From NCBI RefSeq assembly GCF_020745735.1, contig NW_026868080.1:1-64000 (forward strand): DNA of 64,000 nucleotides, in the 5' to 3' direction. A model generated the notes under the pieces. That model was not told the DNA's origin and did not search any database. It saw nothing but the letters and a program-made list of their open reading frames with translations. Both the position numbers and the translations under genes were made by a program. Source of the stretch: Hemiscyllium ocellatum (taxonomy: Eukaryota). Shown piece by piece: positions 11,640 to 24,904 of the stretch. Positions within the stretch are counted from its first letter, which is position 1, and each line of letters starts with the position of its first letter.

Positions 11640-12959
11640 CTGAAAGACAAAAGAAACAATTTTAATCCCTGCCATTTGAAGAAACTTCAACTCTCAGAAC
11701 ATTCACTGGTAAAATGTTTGAACATTTGTATCCAATACCTACCAAACCCGACAAAAAAAACAGGTATTGTTTAAATTGCTTCTTGGGAGTGAGTGTCACG
11801 AGCAGGGCCAGCATTTATTTCTCATCCCTAATTGCCCCGAGAAGGTGATGGGGAAAGACAAGGAACAGGTTTGGACTCTTGTTTAGGGAATGAATGTGGG
11901 CAGCTGGAAGGCTATCAATGGGGGAGCAGTTTAGTGACAGTGATCAGAACTCAGTGAGATTGAGAGTAGAGATGGAAATGGAGAACCATGCAGCAAGTGT
12001 TAACGTTTTCACTTGGGAATGAACTATTTTACTAAACTGTGCGATAATTTAGTAAAAGTGGACTGGAACCAACGCCATCATGTGAAATCAATGTCAGGGC
12101 AGTGGGATCCCTCAAAAGAAAAGACAGAGATTGTTCAGAATCTTTTCCCACAATGAGTAAGGGTGGGACTCCCAAATCTAGACTCTCAGCCTGGGATGTC
12201 AAAAGGCAGCCAGAGTAGGGAAGACCAAACAGGGAAGGTGATGTTGGTTATCTGGAGTTATCTGCAGAAAGCCCAGAGGAGGATCGAAAATGCAGGGGTG
12301 GCATTGAACAGGACCTGAGGAAGGCAAAGACAGGATTAACTGTGTCCAACTGAATCAAAGAAATCACAACAAACAAGAGGATTGGGGTCAGGTACTGACA
12401 TGGATTGAGAACTGGTTGGCAGACAGGACAGGAAGAGCGAGTCTTTTTCTGAATGGCAGATATTTCCCAGTTGGGGTACCACAGGGATCAGTCCTTGGTA
12501 CCCAGTTATTCATAACATATAATAATAGAGTCAGAGTCAGAGAGACCCAAAAGGCCCAACGGATCATTGTGTCAAAAAACAACTCAATACTTCTCATCAA
12601 TTTACCAGCATGAGAGAATTAGATGCGGTATGTGTTCAAGAAGGAATTAGATACAGTTCTTAAGATTAATGAGTTCAAAGAATGTGGGGAGCAAGCAGGA
12701 ACAGGGGACAGTGTTGGATGATTGACCATGATCATATTGAATGGTGGAGCAGGCTTGAGGGGCCGAATGGCCTACTGCTGCTCCTGTGTTTTATGTTTCT
12801 GTCCGTTTCTCAGATAATGAAGGAATGTCTCTCGTCAGCTTGAGGCTGGAAGTCAGATGTGTGTGCAGGTGGAAGATGTGGCCATGGTGATTAATGAATG
12901 CAGGTCAGTGAGGTGGTTCAGAAGACACATGGGATAAACTGTTTTTCTTTTTCCCTTGA

Positions 12960-13292
12960 TGGAATGAGGGCATTGCTGGATCGGCAGCATTTATTGCCCA
13001 TCCCTAATTGCCCAGAGGGCATTTTAGAGTCACCCACATTGCTGTGGGTCTGGTGTCACATGGTAAGGATGGCAGTTTCCTTCCCTAAAGGACATTAGGG
13101 AATCAGATGGCTTTTTTTCCTGACAATCAACAATTGTTTCATGGTCATCATCAGACTCTTAATTCCAGATTTTTAAAATTGAATTCAAATTCCACCATCT
13201 GCTGTGGCAGGATTCTGCCCTGGTCCCTAGAACATTAATCTGGATCTCTGGATTAACAGGTCAACAATAATACTATTAGGCCATCACCTCCC
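12960..13292 (-). mobile_element. Second tRNA-headed SINE family (related copies at about 400-660 and 3110-3350)
   Basis: Minus-strand head GGGAGGTGATGGCCTAATAG..., with a LINE-type tail AATTAGGGATGGGCAATAAATGCTG. Confidence 0.6.
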
Positions 13293-14369
13293 TTATCTCA
13301 TTTTTGGTTGAGAGTGAAAGCAAGAAATTTGTTTATTCTGGAACTTTATCAAACCCCAGTTAGAGCACAGTGAGAGAACAGTGTACAGTTCTGGTCACCA
13401 CATTACAGGAAGGATATGATCCCCTGAGTGATGGGGACAGTGGAGGATTTTGTCAGGAATGGGGAGTTTTAGTTTTGAGGAATGATTGGTTTGGCTGGGA
13501 CTGTTTTCTTTGGAACAGAGAAGGCTGAGGGGAGATTTGATCAAGGCGTGTAAAATGATGAGGGCCAAGATAGAATTGGTAGGAAGGACTGATTTCCATC
13601 AGCAGAGAGGGCAATAACCATGGGGAGAGATTGAAATGAATTGGGGACAGGGTTCGAGGTGAATTGAGGAGTAATTGTTTTCACCCAGAGGCTGATGGGA
13701 TCTGGGACTCACTGTCTGAAAGGGTGGGAGAGGCAGAAACCCTCATCACATTGAAAAAACACTTGGATATTCACTTGGAACAGCGAAACATCCAGAGCTA
13801 TGGAGCAAGAGCTGGAGAGTGGGATGGAGCTCGATCCCTCTTTAACAAACCTCGGATTACCCACAGATGAGGAGAACTTTATCCGAGAACATTGGAGCAG
13901 ACTTGGATCCAAACATTTCGGGAAGGAGTCACATTGGCGTGTCTGTGTAGAATGCTCTTGAATACATTTCAAACCTTGCTGCACACCACTGGGCTGAGAT
14001 CAAGGGTGAGGCTGCAAAGAGTCTCAGTGACCTGGGGTCAGGCAGGGTCACTGCTCCTAATGACCCCATGCCTCCTGGAAGGTGAGAGTGCGCAGACAAT
14101 GGGTGAGGTTCAGGATCAAGAGACTCTAACCTTAAAGAAAGACCTGCATTTGTGTAGCACCTGTCCCCAGCTCAGGATGTCCCAATGGCTCTTTCCAGCA
14201 GACTTTGTGCAGTGAGATCCCAAACACAGTATGATAATTAGCAGAGAAATAGATTTTTAGTGATTTTTATTGGGGGATAAATAGTGACCAGGTACACCAG
14301 AAGGAACTGCCTGCTCTTCATCCAACAGTGCCATCTGAAAGACTCCCAGTTCAACCAAAAAAAAAGTTC

Positions 14370-15040
14370 CGTGAAAGTGGAGTTGCAGGTAGGTAGGGGA
14401 GTGACGAAGTAACTTGGTATGGTTTCCTTTATTGGGCAGCGCATTGAGTATTGGAGTTGGGAGCTGTTGTGGTTGTGCCAGACATTGGTCACTTTTGGAA
14501 TACGGTGTGTAATTCTGGTCTCCCTGCTGTAGGAACAATATTGTGAACCTTAAAATGCTTCAGAAAAGTTTTATAAGGGTGTTACCAAGGTTGGAGAGTT
14601 TGAGCTATCGGAGGAAGCTGAATAGACTGAGACTATTTTCCCTGGATTGTTGGAGGCTGAGGGGTGACCACACAGTGGTTTATAAAATCATGAGGGATAT
14701 AGATACGGTGAATAGAGTAGATCTTTTCTTCAGAGTGGGGGAGTCCAGAACTAGAGGGCATAGGTTGAAGGTGACAGGGGAAAGATTTAAAAAGGACCTA
14801 AGGTGCAACGTTTTCATGCAGAGGGTCGTACATTTTTGGAATGGGCTGCCAGAGGGAGTGGTGGAGGCTGGTATGATTACAATATTTAAAAAGCCATCTG
14901 GATGGGTATATGTATAGGAAGGGTTGAGAGCGACATGGGCCTCATGCTGGCAAATGGGACTAGATTAATTTAGGGTATCTGGTCAGGATGGATGACTTGG
15001 ACTGAAGGGTCAGTTTCTCTGCTGTACATCTCCATAACTG
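14370..15040 (+). mobile_element. CR1 LINE ORF2 3' fragment
   Basis: ORF 14543-14917 (RLRGD...ESRTRGHRLKV...QRVVHFWNGLP). Confidence 0.88.
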
Positions 15041-15499
15041 TAATTGTATTTCAATCGAGCCCCTAACACCTCAGGCTCTCCCAAAGACATTTACATTTTG
15101 TTTTAAAACAAGTCACTGTTGCAATGTCAGGAAAGGGACAGCCAATTTCTACACAGCAAGATCCCACTAGAAGCAATGAGATCAAAGAGCATTTTTGATG
15201 ATGTTGGTCCAAGGATAAATATTGTCCTGAACTCAACCCAAAGAGAAAGGAATTTGGTTCAGTTGGATGGAAAATGAGAAAATGGAAGGTAAAGGAGAAG
15301 GCAGGATTGCTGGTTAGTGATGGGATTGATTGTTACCAGAAAATAAAAGGAAGGGATAGAATTTTTGAATATTAAAGGAACCATAAAAGTGCAGGGAAAA
15401 CGAACAATAGAACAAACTTAAAGGGTTTGTATCTAAATGCACGAAGCATTCTGAGTAAGGCAGACAAAGTGATGCCATAAATCGAGGTAAATTGAGTTT

Positions 15500-18335
15500 C
15501 CAAGGAATTTAAACTAGTTAAAGTGGAGGAGGGCTCAAGAGAGGCTATTCGGTTTCTAGAAGGCATACCAGGAGAGAGAGTACAGAAAGGAACAAGAGTC
15601 GAGCATCAAGCACAGCAGATAAGAGGATAATGATGAGAAAGAGAGCAGTCAATGCAGGACTGAAGGTGTTGGACTTAAAAGCACACAGTATACGCAATGA
15701 GCTGGTAGTGCAGATTGAAACTGGCAGGTACGATGTTGTGGGTATCACAGAGACATGGCTGTAAGGGGATCCGGGCTGGGAACTAAATATCCAAGGATAC
15801 ATGTCCCATCAAAAGAACAGGCAGATGGACAGAGGGGGAAGAGTTGCCTTGTTAGTACGATATTAAATTAAATCAAAGCAAGAAGTGAGATAGAGTCAAA
15901 AGGTGTAGAATGTGTGTGGGTAGAGTTGAGGAACCGCAAGAAATAAAGAATATGATGCAAGTTATGTCCAGATCTCCAAGCAGTAATCAGGGTGTGGAGA
16001 AGGAAATCAATCAGGAGACAGAAAAGCCGTATACAAAATGTCAGGGCAGACCTCAATGGATAGGTGGACTGGGTAGCACGTCTCAAGAAAAGGTTTTCAT
16101 GGATGTCTACAAGATCGTTTTTGGAGCAGCTTGCGGTTGAGCCATTATGGAACAGGCAGTTCTGGATTCAGTGATGTGGAATGAGGCAAACTTGATTAAT
16201 GAGTTGAAGGTGAAAGTATCCTTCTGGAAAAATGATCATAATATGATAGAATTCCCCCTGTAGTTTGAGAGGGAGAAGCTGCAATCAGATGGATCTGTAT
16301 TTCAGTTGAGTAAAGGGAACAACAAAGACATGAGGAAGGAGTTGACCAGAGTTGGTTGGAAGGGGAGCCGAGCAGGTAAGATGGTGGGGCAGCAAACAGC
16401 AGGGTTTCTGGGCATAATTCAGGAAGCAGAGCAGGAATTCATCCGAAAAAAGAAGAAACATACTAAGGGGAGGACAAGGCAACCATGGCTGGTGAGGGAA
16501 GTCACGGACAGCATAAAAGCAAAAGAAAAAAATGCACAATGTGGTAGAGAAAAGTGGGAAGCCAGAGGGTTAGGAAGCCTTTGAAAACCTGGAGAGGATA
16601 AATAAAAAAGCATTAAAGGTGGAGAAGGGGAAATGTGGGGGTAAGTTAGCCGGTAATACAAAAGAAGATTGCACGAGTTTTATCAGATGTATAAAAAGGA
16701 AGAGGAAGGCAAAAATAGACATTGGAAAATGAGGCTGGAGAAAGTATTATAGGAAGTGAAGAAATAGCAGAGGAATTGAATCGAAGCTGAAAGGTTGAAT
16801 GTGGATAACTCACCCAGACTAGATGAACTACATGAGTGTGTTCTGAAGGAGATCACTGAGTAAATTATGGAGGTATTGGAGATGATCTTTCAGGAATCAA
16901 TGGAGTCAGGGTATGACAGTGTGGTGGACAGGGATCTGATGGGGGCAAGGGACTGGAAAGTGGCTCACATAACAGCCCTGTTTAAGAAGGGAGGGAGGAG
17001 GGAGAAGATGGGAAATTATAGGCCAGTTAGCCTGGACTCAGTTGTTGGTAAGGTTTTAGACTTCAATTTAAGGATGAAGTTGCAGAGGACTTAGAGGTGC
17101 AATTGTAAACTAGGGCTGAGTCAACACGGCTTCATCAAGGGGAGGTCATGCCTGGCAAATCTGTTAGAATTCTTTGAGGAGGCAATGAGCCAGTCAGACA
17201 AAGGAGAGTCAAAGGAAGTAATGTATTTGGATTTCTAGAAGGCCTTTGACATTAGATAAAAGCTTACAGTGTGAGGGCCGAGGCACTGGCATGGACTAAG
17301 GACTGGCAGGTTGGCATAAAGCAGAGAGTGAGGAAAAATGGTCGTTTGTGACTGGTAGAGTCATGTAGGGGTCAATGTTAGGACCTTAACTATTCACGTT
17401 ATACATTAACAATCTGGATGAAGGAAGTGAAGACATTGTTGCTAAGTTTGCAGATGACATGAGATAGGTGGAGGGACAGGTAGTGTTGAGGAAGTGGGAA
17501 GAATGTAAAAGCTCCTGGAAAGGCTGGGAGAGTGGGCAAAGAAGTGGCAGATAGAATACAATGTGTTACAGTGTGAGGGTGTGCACTTTGGGAGGAAGAA
17601 GAGATGCAAAGACTATTTTCTAAATAAGAAAAGCTTTCGGAAATCTAAAGCACGAACCTCATTCAGGTTTCCCTTCAGGTTAACAGGCAGGTCCAGTTTG
17701 TGCTTGGGAAGGCAAATGAAATGTTAGCATTCATTTCAGTAGGGTCAGAATACAAGAGCAGAGATGTACTGCTGAGGCTGTGTAAGGCTCTGGTCAGACT
17801 GCATTTGGAATATTGTGAGCAGATTTGGGACCCATATTCTAAGAAACCATGGGCTGGCATTGGAGAGGTTTACAACAATGATCCTGGGGATGAAGGACTT
17901 ATCGTATCAGATGTGCTTGAGGACTCTGGGTCTGTACTCAATGGAGTTTAGAAGGATGAGGAGGGATCTTATTGAAATTTACAGAATACTGATCAACCTG
18001 GATAGAGTGGATGTGAAAAAGATGTTTCCAAAAACAGGAGAGAGTCGGTAACCAAGGCACAGCCTCAGTATGAAGGGCCAACCCTTTCGAGCTGAGATGA
18101 GGAGGAATTTCTTCAGCCAGAGGGTGGTGAATCTGTGGAATGTATTGCTACAGAGGGCAGTGGAGGCCAAGTCACTGAGTGTATTTAAGACAGAGATAGA
18201 TAGTTTGTGATAGTTAAGGGGATCGAACGTTCCTGTGGATCAAGCAGAGAATGGGGGTGAGAAGCATATCTGCCAAGATCAACTGGCAGAGCAGATTCAA
18301 TGGGCTGAATGGCTGATTTCTGCTCCTATTTCTTA
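15500..18335 (+). mobile_element. Degenerate CR1 ORF2 (endonuclease + RT) in the J-C intron of cluster 1
   Basis: Endonuclease start YDVVGITETWL, RT motifs GNYRPVSL and FADD, and a 3' tail. Confidence 0.9.
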
Positions 18336-18429
18336 AAGTCTTCTGGAGAGTTTCCCCAAAACCCTGGAACACTGAACCCACTGGACTGTGAGCCCTGCTG
18401 GAGCTGTTTGTCATCAGAACTTTGCCAAG

Positions 18430-19380
18430 AGATGACCAAAGGGTGAAGAGAGTGTGCATTTAGGTGGGAACTTCAGAATGCTTCCTAGCTCCTGGAATAC
18501 CATGAGAACAGAAAGTGTGGTCAGTGACAGCAGTTGGAACTCCGGGTTTTGGAGCTTGAGCAGCAGCTGGTGTCAGTGCGGAGCGTCCGTGAGGCTGAGA
18601 GCTCCGTGGAGAGCACGTTTCTAGATGTGGTCACTCTGCAGCTTCAGCGAATGCAGGGTGAGAGGGAATGGGGGAGCAGCAGACAGTCCAAAAGGACCAG
18701 GCAGCTAGTAGTGGAATCCCCTGAGTGCATCGCACTCTCTAACCAGGATTCAGTTCAGAATCCTGATGAGAATGATGGTTCATCTGGGGAGTGCAGCCAG
18801 AGCCAAGCCCATGGCACCAAGGTGGAGGGTTCAGCAGTACAGGGGGTACAAGGAAGAGGGAGAGCGAGAGGAGATTCGAGAGTGAGGGCAATCGATAGGT
18901 GTTTCTGCAGTTGCAGATGGGAATCCAGGATGGTGTGTTGTCTCCCTGGTGCCAGGGTCAAGGATGTCTCTGAGCGGCTGCAGAGCACCCTGAGGGGAGA
19001 GGGGGAACAGGCAGCAGTCGTGGTCCACATCGGTCCCAGTGACAGAGGGAGGAAAGGGATGTGGTCCTGCAGTCAGAATTTAGGGGGCTCTGGAGGGAAT
19101 TAGTACTAGGATCTCAAAAGTTAGAATCTCCGGATTTCTCCCAGTGCCCCATCCAAGTGAGAATAGGAACAGGAGGATAACACAGGTGAATGTGAAGCTG
19201 GAAAGAGGATCCAAGTTGGAGGACTTTAGATTCTTGGGACATTGAGACTGGGTCTGGGGGAGATGGGACCTGGACAGACCAGACAGCGTTGTTCCTGAAC
19301 CGAGCTGGGACTGAGTTCCTTTGGGGTGATTTACTAGTGCAGTTGGCGAGGGTTTAAATTAACTTGGCAGGGCTGTGGGA
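18430..19380 (+). mobile_element. CR1 ORF1 fragment (SGNH/esterase-like domain)
   Basis: ORF 18534-19103, RMVCCLPGARVKDVSERLQSTLRGEGEQAAVVVHIG. Confidence 0.85.
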
Positions 19381-19619
19381 GCCAGGAGGGAATAACAGAG
19401 AGGAACACCAAGGACCACAGAATCCTCAGAACAGTCAACAAGTCACCACCCAATGGGAAGGATGCAGAGGAATACAAATGCAAGGAATTTACAGATACCT
19501 GCAAACGTGATAGAGTCATTATAAATGGTTCTTTAATTTTTGAATATAGACTGGGGTAGTAGCAGTGTAACAGGCAGGGAGGGGCCAGAGTTGTGAGAGT
19601 CTGTTCAGGTGAATTTTCA

Positions 19620-21120
19620 GGTGGCATTGTGGCCAGTGAAGAAGGCTGTCTAAGAGTACAATGGGATCTTGACCAACTGGGCCAGTGGGCTGAGGAATGG
19701 CAGATGGAGTTTAATTCAGATAAATGTGAGTGCTGTACTTTGCAAAGCCAAACCAAGGCAGGACTTTTACGGTTAATGGTAGGGCCCTGCGGAGTGTTGC
19801 TGAACAAAGAGACCGAGGGGTGAAGGTGCAGGTGCATTATTCCTTGACAGTGGAGTCACAGGTAGACAGGGAGATGAAGAAGGTGTTGGGTATGCTTACT
19901 TTTATTGGTCACTGCATTGAGTAAAGGAGTTGGGACATGATGTTGCAGCTGTACAGCAGCTGGTGAGGCCACTTTGGGAATAATGTGAACAATTCTGATC
20001 ATCCTGAGATAGGAAGGATGTTGTTAAACTTAAAAGGCAGCGGAAAAGATTTACAAGGATGTGGCCAGGAATTGGAGGGTTTCCGCTGTCGGGAGAGGCT
20101 GAAGAAATGGGCCTAATTTCCCTGCAGCATCTAAGGCCTCGAGGTGACCTTATGGATGTGCAGAAAATCATGAAGGGCATGGACAGGGTGTATATCCAAG
20201 GTCTTTTCCTTGGGAACGGGAGTCCAAAACAAGAGGGCATAGGTTTAAGGTGAGAGGCAAAAGATTCAAAAGGGACCTGAGGGGTAACTTGTCACACAGA
20301 GGGTGGTGTGTGTCTGGATCGAGCTGCTAGAGAAAGCGTTGGAGGCAGATACAGTTACAACATTTAAAACACATTGGGATGGGAACATGGATAGGAAGGG
20401 TTTAGAGGGATGTAAGCCAAATGCTGGCAAATGGGATGAGGTCATTTAGGATATCTGGTTAACACAGGCAAGTTGGACTGAAATGTCTGTTTCCACGCTG
20501 TATGACTCCATGACTATGAGGGACTGGAAAAGCTGAGACTTTTTTCCCTCTAGTGTAAGAGTCTGAGGAGTGACCTTATAGAGGTTTATAAAATCATGAG
20601 GGACATAGATAATGTAAATCATTCAGGAAGCAGGTGAAATTTTGTAGAAATGGCAAAAATATTCCCAAAGATCATTCCAGGGATGAGGAACATCAGTTAT
20701 TAAGATAGTTTGGACAATTTGGGACTGACTTCTTTGGAGAAGGCTGAGAGGAGATTTGTTGGAGGAATTAAAATCAGGAGGGGCCTGGATACAGTAAATA
20801 GGGAGAAAATGTTCCCAAGAGAAAGGATTGAGACCGAGAGACCACAGATTGAAGGCAATTGGGAAAAGTCACAAAAGTGAGATGGGGAACAACATTTTGG
20901 CCAGTGGTGGTTAAGGTGTGGAGTGCACTGCCTGAGAGTGTGGTGGAGGCAGCTTCAATTAAAACATTCCGAAGGGAATGAGACTGATATTTGAAAAGCA
21001 ACAATGTTCAGGGTGACAGGGAGAAGGCAGGAGAATGACACTCAGTGAATTGCTCATTCGGAGAGCCAGTCCAGACAGGATGGGCAGAATGGCCTCCTTG
21101 TGCAATGTGACAATTCTGTG
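19620..21120 (+). mobile_element. Stacked CR1 3' fragments
   Basis: QWAEEWQMEFNSDKCE and RGD..VYKIM remnants, repeated tails. Confidence 0.85.
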
Positions 21121-21547
21121 ATTATGTGATTGAGCAGAGTTAAAGCTGGGGGAGGTGGGAGCTCGGTGTCTCACTGTGCTGCTGCTGAGGTCAGTGAGGT
21201 CAGAGACTGGGACAGGGAGCCAGAACTCACATCAAACTCTGCCCGTGTCCGTCACACTGAGACTGGCAGGAGGCTACTCATTGAATTCACTCCATGCTGC
21301 AGGAATGGGACCACAGGCTGCAAATGGACAGAGCTCCTCCACACGATGAGTAAAACTTACTGACTTATATCTTGCTGTTTAATGGGGTTATAGGACTAAA
21401 GAAATACATGTGTACACCGTATGGGACGCGGTGTTCCTCAATCAAACATTTCCTTCACTGCAACACTTCAACAATTCAGTATTTGTGTTTTATAAATTGT
21501 GTTTAGAGATTGAAAGGGTTAATAACAGAGGATTGAGGTTTACTTCC

Positions 21548-21582
21548 TCAGTCTGAGCTTGGTTCCTTTACTGAACGTAAGC
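21548..21582 (-). pseudogene. IGKJ: J kappa segment of cluster 1, defective
   Basis: G CTT ACG TTC AGT AAA GGA ACC AAG CTC AGA CTG A = LTFSKGTKLRL, so FGxG has become FSKG. The donor reads GGAAGT where the paralogue has GTAAGT. Confidence 0.92.
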
Positions 21583-21621
21583 CACAGTGAGAGCTCCCAG
21601 TGCAGAGGCTGTACAAAAACC
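21583..21621 (-). other. 23-RSS of J1 (perfect heptamer and nonamer)
   Basis: Plus strand CACAGTG 21583-21589, 23-nt spacer, ACAAAAACC 21613-21621. Confidence 0.97.
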
Positions 21622-22017
21622 TCAGCTCTCTGCTTCCCTCCATCATTCTCAACCGCTCCCTGTCTCTCTCTCTCTGTCTCTTACTTAGTCTCACCCACTC
21701 CCTGACCTCCCTCTGTCTCTCTCGGTAGTGTTCAGCTGGGCTTGTGCAGTTTGTGAACTTTATTTTTCGATGTTAAATCTTGCAGCTGCTCTTCACGTGT
21801 GGCCATGGAATGCAAGAGGGAAACTTGAGGCCTTCAGTGAGCGGTGGACACCACAGGGACTGGAGTGTGTCATGTACAGTGACAATCCCGGTATGGGGTA
21901 ATTTGTTCAATTTCATTTACATATAACTGTGGATGTATCAGTGCAGGAGGTGGAACTGTGTATATGTCACAAAAATGTGGAATGTGTTAGTACAGGTGGG
22001 GGTGCTGTGCTTATTGA

Positions 22018-22045
22018 GATTTTTGGATGGCTCTGTATCACCGTG
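22018..22045 (-). other. 12-RSS of V1 (degenerate)
   Basis: Minus strand CACGGTG + ATACAGAGCCAT (12 nt) + CCAAAAATC: one heptamer mismatch and two nonamer mismatches. Confidence 0.9.
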
Positions 22046-22333
22046 AAGGCCAGCTGTAATGCTGCTGACAGTCATAGTCAGCGACATCCTCATTCTGAAC
22101 GTTGCTGATTGTCAGGGTGAAACTGGTCCCTGATCCACTGCCGGTGAATCACTCGGAGATTCCTGTGAGTTGAGTTGCTGCAGCATAGATCAGGAGAGAG
22201 GGTTTCTGACCTTCTCGCTACTGGTACCAAGCAAGGTAGCTGCTAATGGCCCTACAGGTGATGGTTGCGGTCTGGCCCAGTCCCACTGACAGCAGTGGGG
22301 GAGACTGGGTCATGATGATGTCCTCACTGATAC
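22046..22333 (-). pseudogene. IGKV: V kappa exon of cluster 1, pseudogene
   Basis: [94 protein letters not shown]. Lesions: TAG and TGA stops, a 9-nt CDR1 deletion and YYC>YDC. Confidence 0.95.
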
Positions 22334-22519
22334 CTGAGGGATCAGAGAGAAACACAGTGAAGTCAGAACTTTCACACAAAGAGCCTGTCAAATGAGAGAT
22401 TGTTGGAGACACTGAGCATTCCTCTGGTTTCAGCATTTTCCCTTCAATCACAAGTCAGTGGAATTGGAGTGAAATGGAGAGCAGCTAAAGATTCAAGGTG
22501 GAAGGAGAGAGATTTGTAC

Positions 22520-22568
22520 CTGCGACACAGAATGCCAGGGGCCAGATCAGCTGGATGTGTGAAATCAT
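22520..22568 (-). CDS. Leader exon of pseudo-V1 (MISHIQLIWPLAFCVA-G)
   Basis: 49-nt exon, ATG at 22568, GT donor at 22519-22518, intron 22334-22519. Confidence 0.92.
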
Positions 22569-22721
22569 GGTGTGTGCTCCTGTCCCTGTGCCTGGTTCCT
22601 GATAAACTCTCCCTTCACTGGGCTCTGCTTTATAAAGCTGCAGCCTGTGAGAGTCTGACTGGGTGTTCCTCAGTATGTAAATGGCATCAGGCAGAGAGAG
22701 CCACGTCAGCCCCTCACACTT

Positions 22722-22727
<6 letters not shown>
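22569..22727 (-). promoter_or_regulatory. V1 promoter: PU-box, TGACGT, octamer variant ATTTACAT, TATAAA
   Basis: Plus-strand complements: CACTTCCTCTT 22717-22727, ACGTCA 22703-22708, ATGTAAAT 22675-22682, TTTATA 22629-22634. Confidence 0.8.
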
Positions 22728-22758
<31 letters not shown>

Positions 22759-23649
22759 GGCCCATTGTGTCTGTGCTGGTAAACAAAGATCTGATGATCC
22801 TCCAGCTCTTGGCCCATTACCCTGGAGGCTACAGCAACACAAGGGAATATCTAAATACTGCTCCAATGTCATGAGAGTTTGTGACTCAACCAGCCTTTCA
22901 GGCAGTGAGTTCCAGACTCCCACCACCCTCTGGGTGAAAACATTTCTCCCTAACTCTTCTCTCACTCTCCAACTCGATTGGGCCTGGACTCAGAAGGATA
23001 AGAGGGGATCTGATTGAAATGTATAATATTCTAACAGGGCTGGGCAGGGAGGAGGTTTCCCCTGGTCGGGGAGTCTGGAACCGGGAGACAGTCTCAGGGG
23101 GATATGGGGTAGACTATTTCAGACTGAGATGAGGAAACATTTCTTCACTCAGAGGATGGTCGATCTGTGGAATTATCTTCCACTGAAGGCTATGGAGGAC
23201 AAGGAACTGAATATATTCAAGAGAAAGAGAGAGATATTTGTTTTGCATTTTAACAGCATGAAGGGAATGGGGAGAAAGTAGGAAGGTGACTTCAAGAGAG
23301 AGGATCAGCCATGATCATACTGAATGACAGAACAGTCTCAAAGGGCCGAATGGCCTACTCCTGCAGCACTTTCTTTGTGTCCGTGTCTATTTTTCCTTCA
23401 ATCTCTGTCCCTGGTTATTGAGTCCTTGACTCTTGTAAAAAGTGCCTTCCTACTCCCCCTATCACTGCCCTGAATAATCTTATCCCCCTCTATCAGGTCC
23501 CCTCTCAGCCTTCACTGCTGCATGGAAAACAACCCCAACCTTTCCAATCTTTCCCCACAGCTGACCCTCCATCCCAGGCAGCATCCTGGTAAATCTCTGC
23601 ACCCTCTCAAGTACAATCACATCCTTCCAAGAATGTGGTGACCAGGACT

Positions 23650-23659
23650 TGTCCCTCTG

Positions 23660-23691
<32 letters not shown>

Positions 23692-24200
23692 ACTCTGTCT
23701 CAAAGCCACTCTCTCCAACTTACACTTCCTCACTCCGTCTCATAATCTCTATTTCTGCATCTTTCTCTCTCACCATCACTCGCTCCATTGCTCACTTCAA
23801 TTGAAAACCTCCAAATGTTAATTGCCCCTCTCTATTCCTCTCTCTGTCTCTCCCTCCCTCTCTGCATCCCAATCTACAGTCTCTCTCCCTCCATCTCTGT
23901 CATTCTGTCTCTGACCATACTCATGTCTCTCTCTCTCTCTCACACTCAACCCTACCCACTCTCTCTTGATTCCCTTCACTCTTGTTATCACACCCATCCT
24001 ATCTCTTTTTCTCTATCCATCCCGATCAGTCACATCTTGTTTCTCTCTCTCTCTATCCCTCAATCACACCACGTCTACCTCCCTCTACCTCTCTCTTGGC
24101 CCCTTCACATATCACACACTGTCTCAGATGCCCCTCCCTCTATCGCTCGATCACACACACAATTTGCATCTACCTCTCTCTTTGTCTTGCTTCTCTGTCT
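23650..24200 (+). repeat. CT-rich low-complexity tract upstream of V1
   Basis: (CT)n runs and pyrimidine skew; a further (TC)n at about 22727-22753. Confidence 0.85.
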
Positions 24201-24659
24201 TTCTCACAGTGTCCCAGGTGGTGAAAGTTGAATTCAGGATAAATCTCCCTCTGCTCTGCCCCACTAATGGATGTTAACCCTTGACCCAAAAGCATGTCTT
24301 TTCCTGGAGTAACTCCCCATTTCTCACAGGGATTGACCTCATTCAGGACGATGGACAGATTCTTGTCAAATGAAGGGCAGTTCTGTTCTGTTGCCCTATT
24401 CTCACTGGGGACTGGTTTGGACACAAACCTCATTCCATGAAGGCCCAGCAGAGAGAGGAGATCCTCAGGCCATCAGTGTGAGCTGGAGGGACAGGACAAT
24501 TTCTGACTCAGTGACCCAGCCTGTCCATCCACAACATGTTCCAATCCTTTTCCCTTTCCTTCCCCTGCCATGATCAGTCTCTGAATCAGGCTGTTTGACT
24601 GGGATGAGGGCTGGAGCATCACACAGTTCCAACAGAAAGGAACTGACCACATACCCACC

Positions 24660-24900
24660 ATGTGTACATGACGTACTGGACTCTCCAACAGAGTCCACTA
24701 AACATGGAATTTAGTTCACAAGGCTGCTCGATAGAGAGACATGGGCCTCCTTCCCACTGAAGTTCCCAGAAGAGACCAGTAAACATGAGCTCCTTCCTGC
24801 TGGAATCTCCAACAGAGACCAGTAAACATTGGCCTACTTCTGATTTGATCCTCCAAGAGAGATCAGTCAACATGGGCCTCCTATTCATTGGACTTTCCGA
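24660..24900 (+). repeat. Degenerate 43-44-bp minisatellite, part A (continues at 26160-26330)
   Basis: Recurrent GAGACCAGTAAACATGGGCCTCCTTCCCACTGGA-like unit. Confidence 0.75.
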
Positions 24901-24904
24901 TTCA

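Noticed and set aside
24660-24900. Regularly spaced repeats (also 9840-10400 and 52060-52420) as CRISPR-like arrays
   Set aside because: Degenerate head-to-tail units without unique spacers, in a vertebrate genome with no cas genes.
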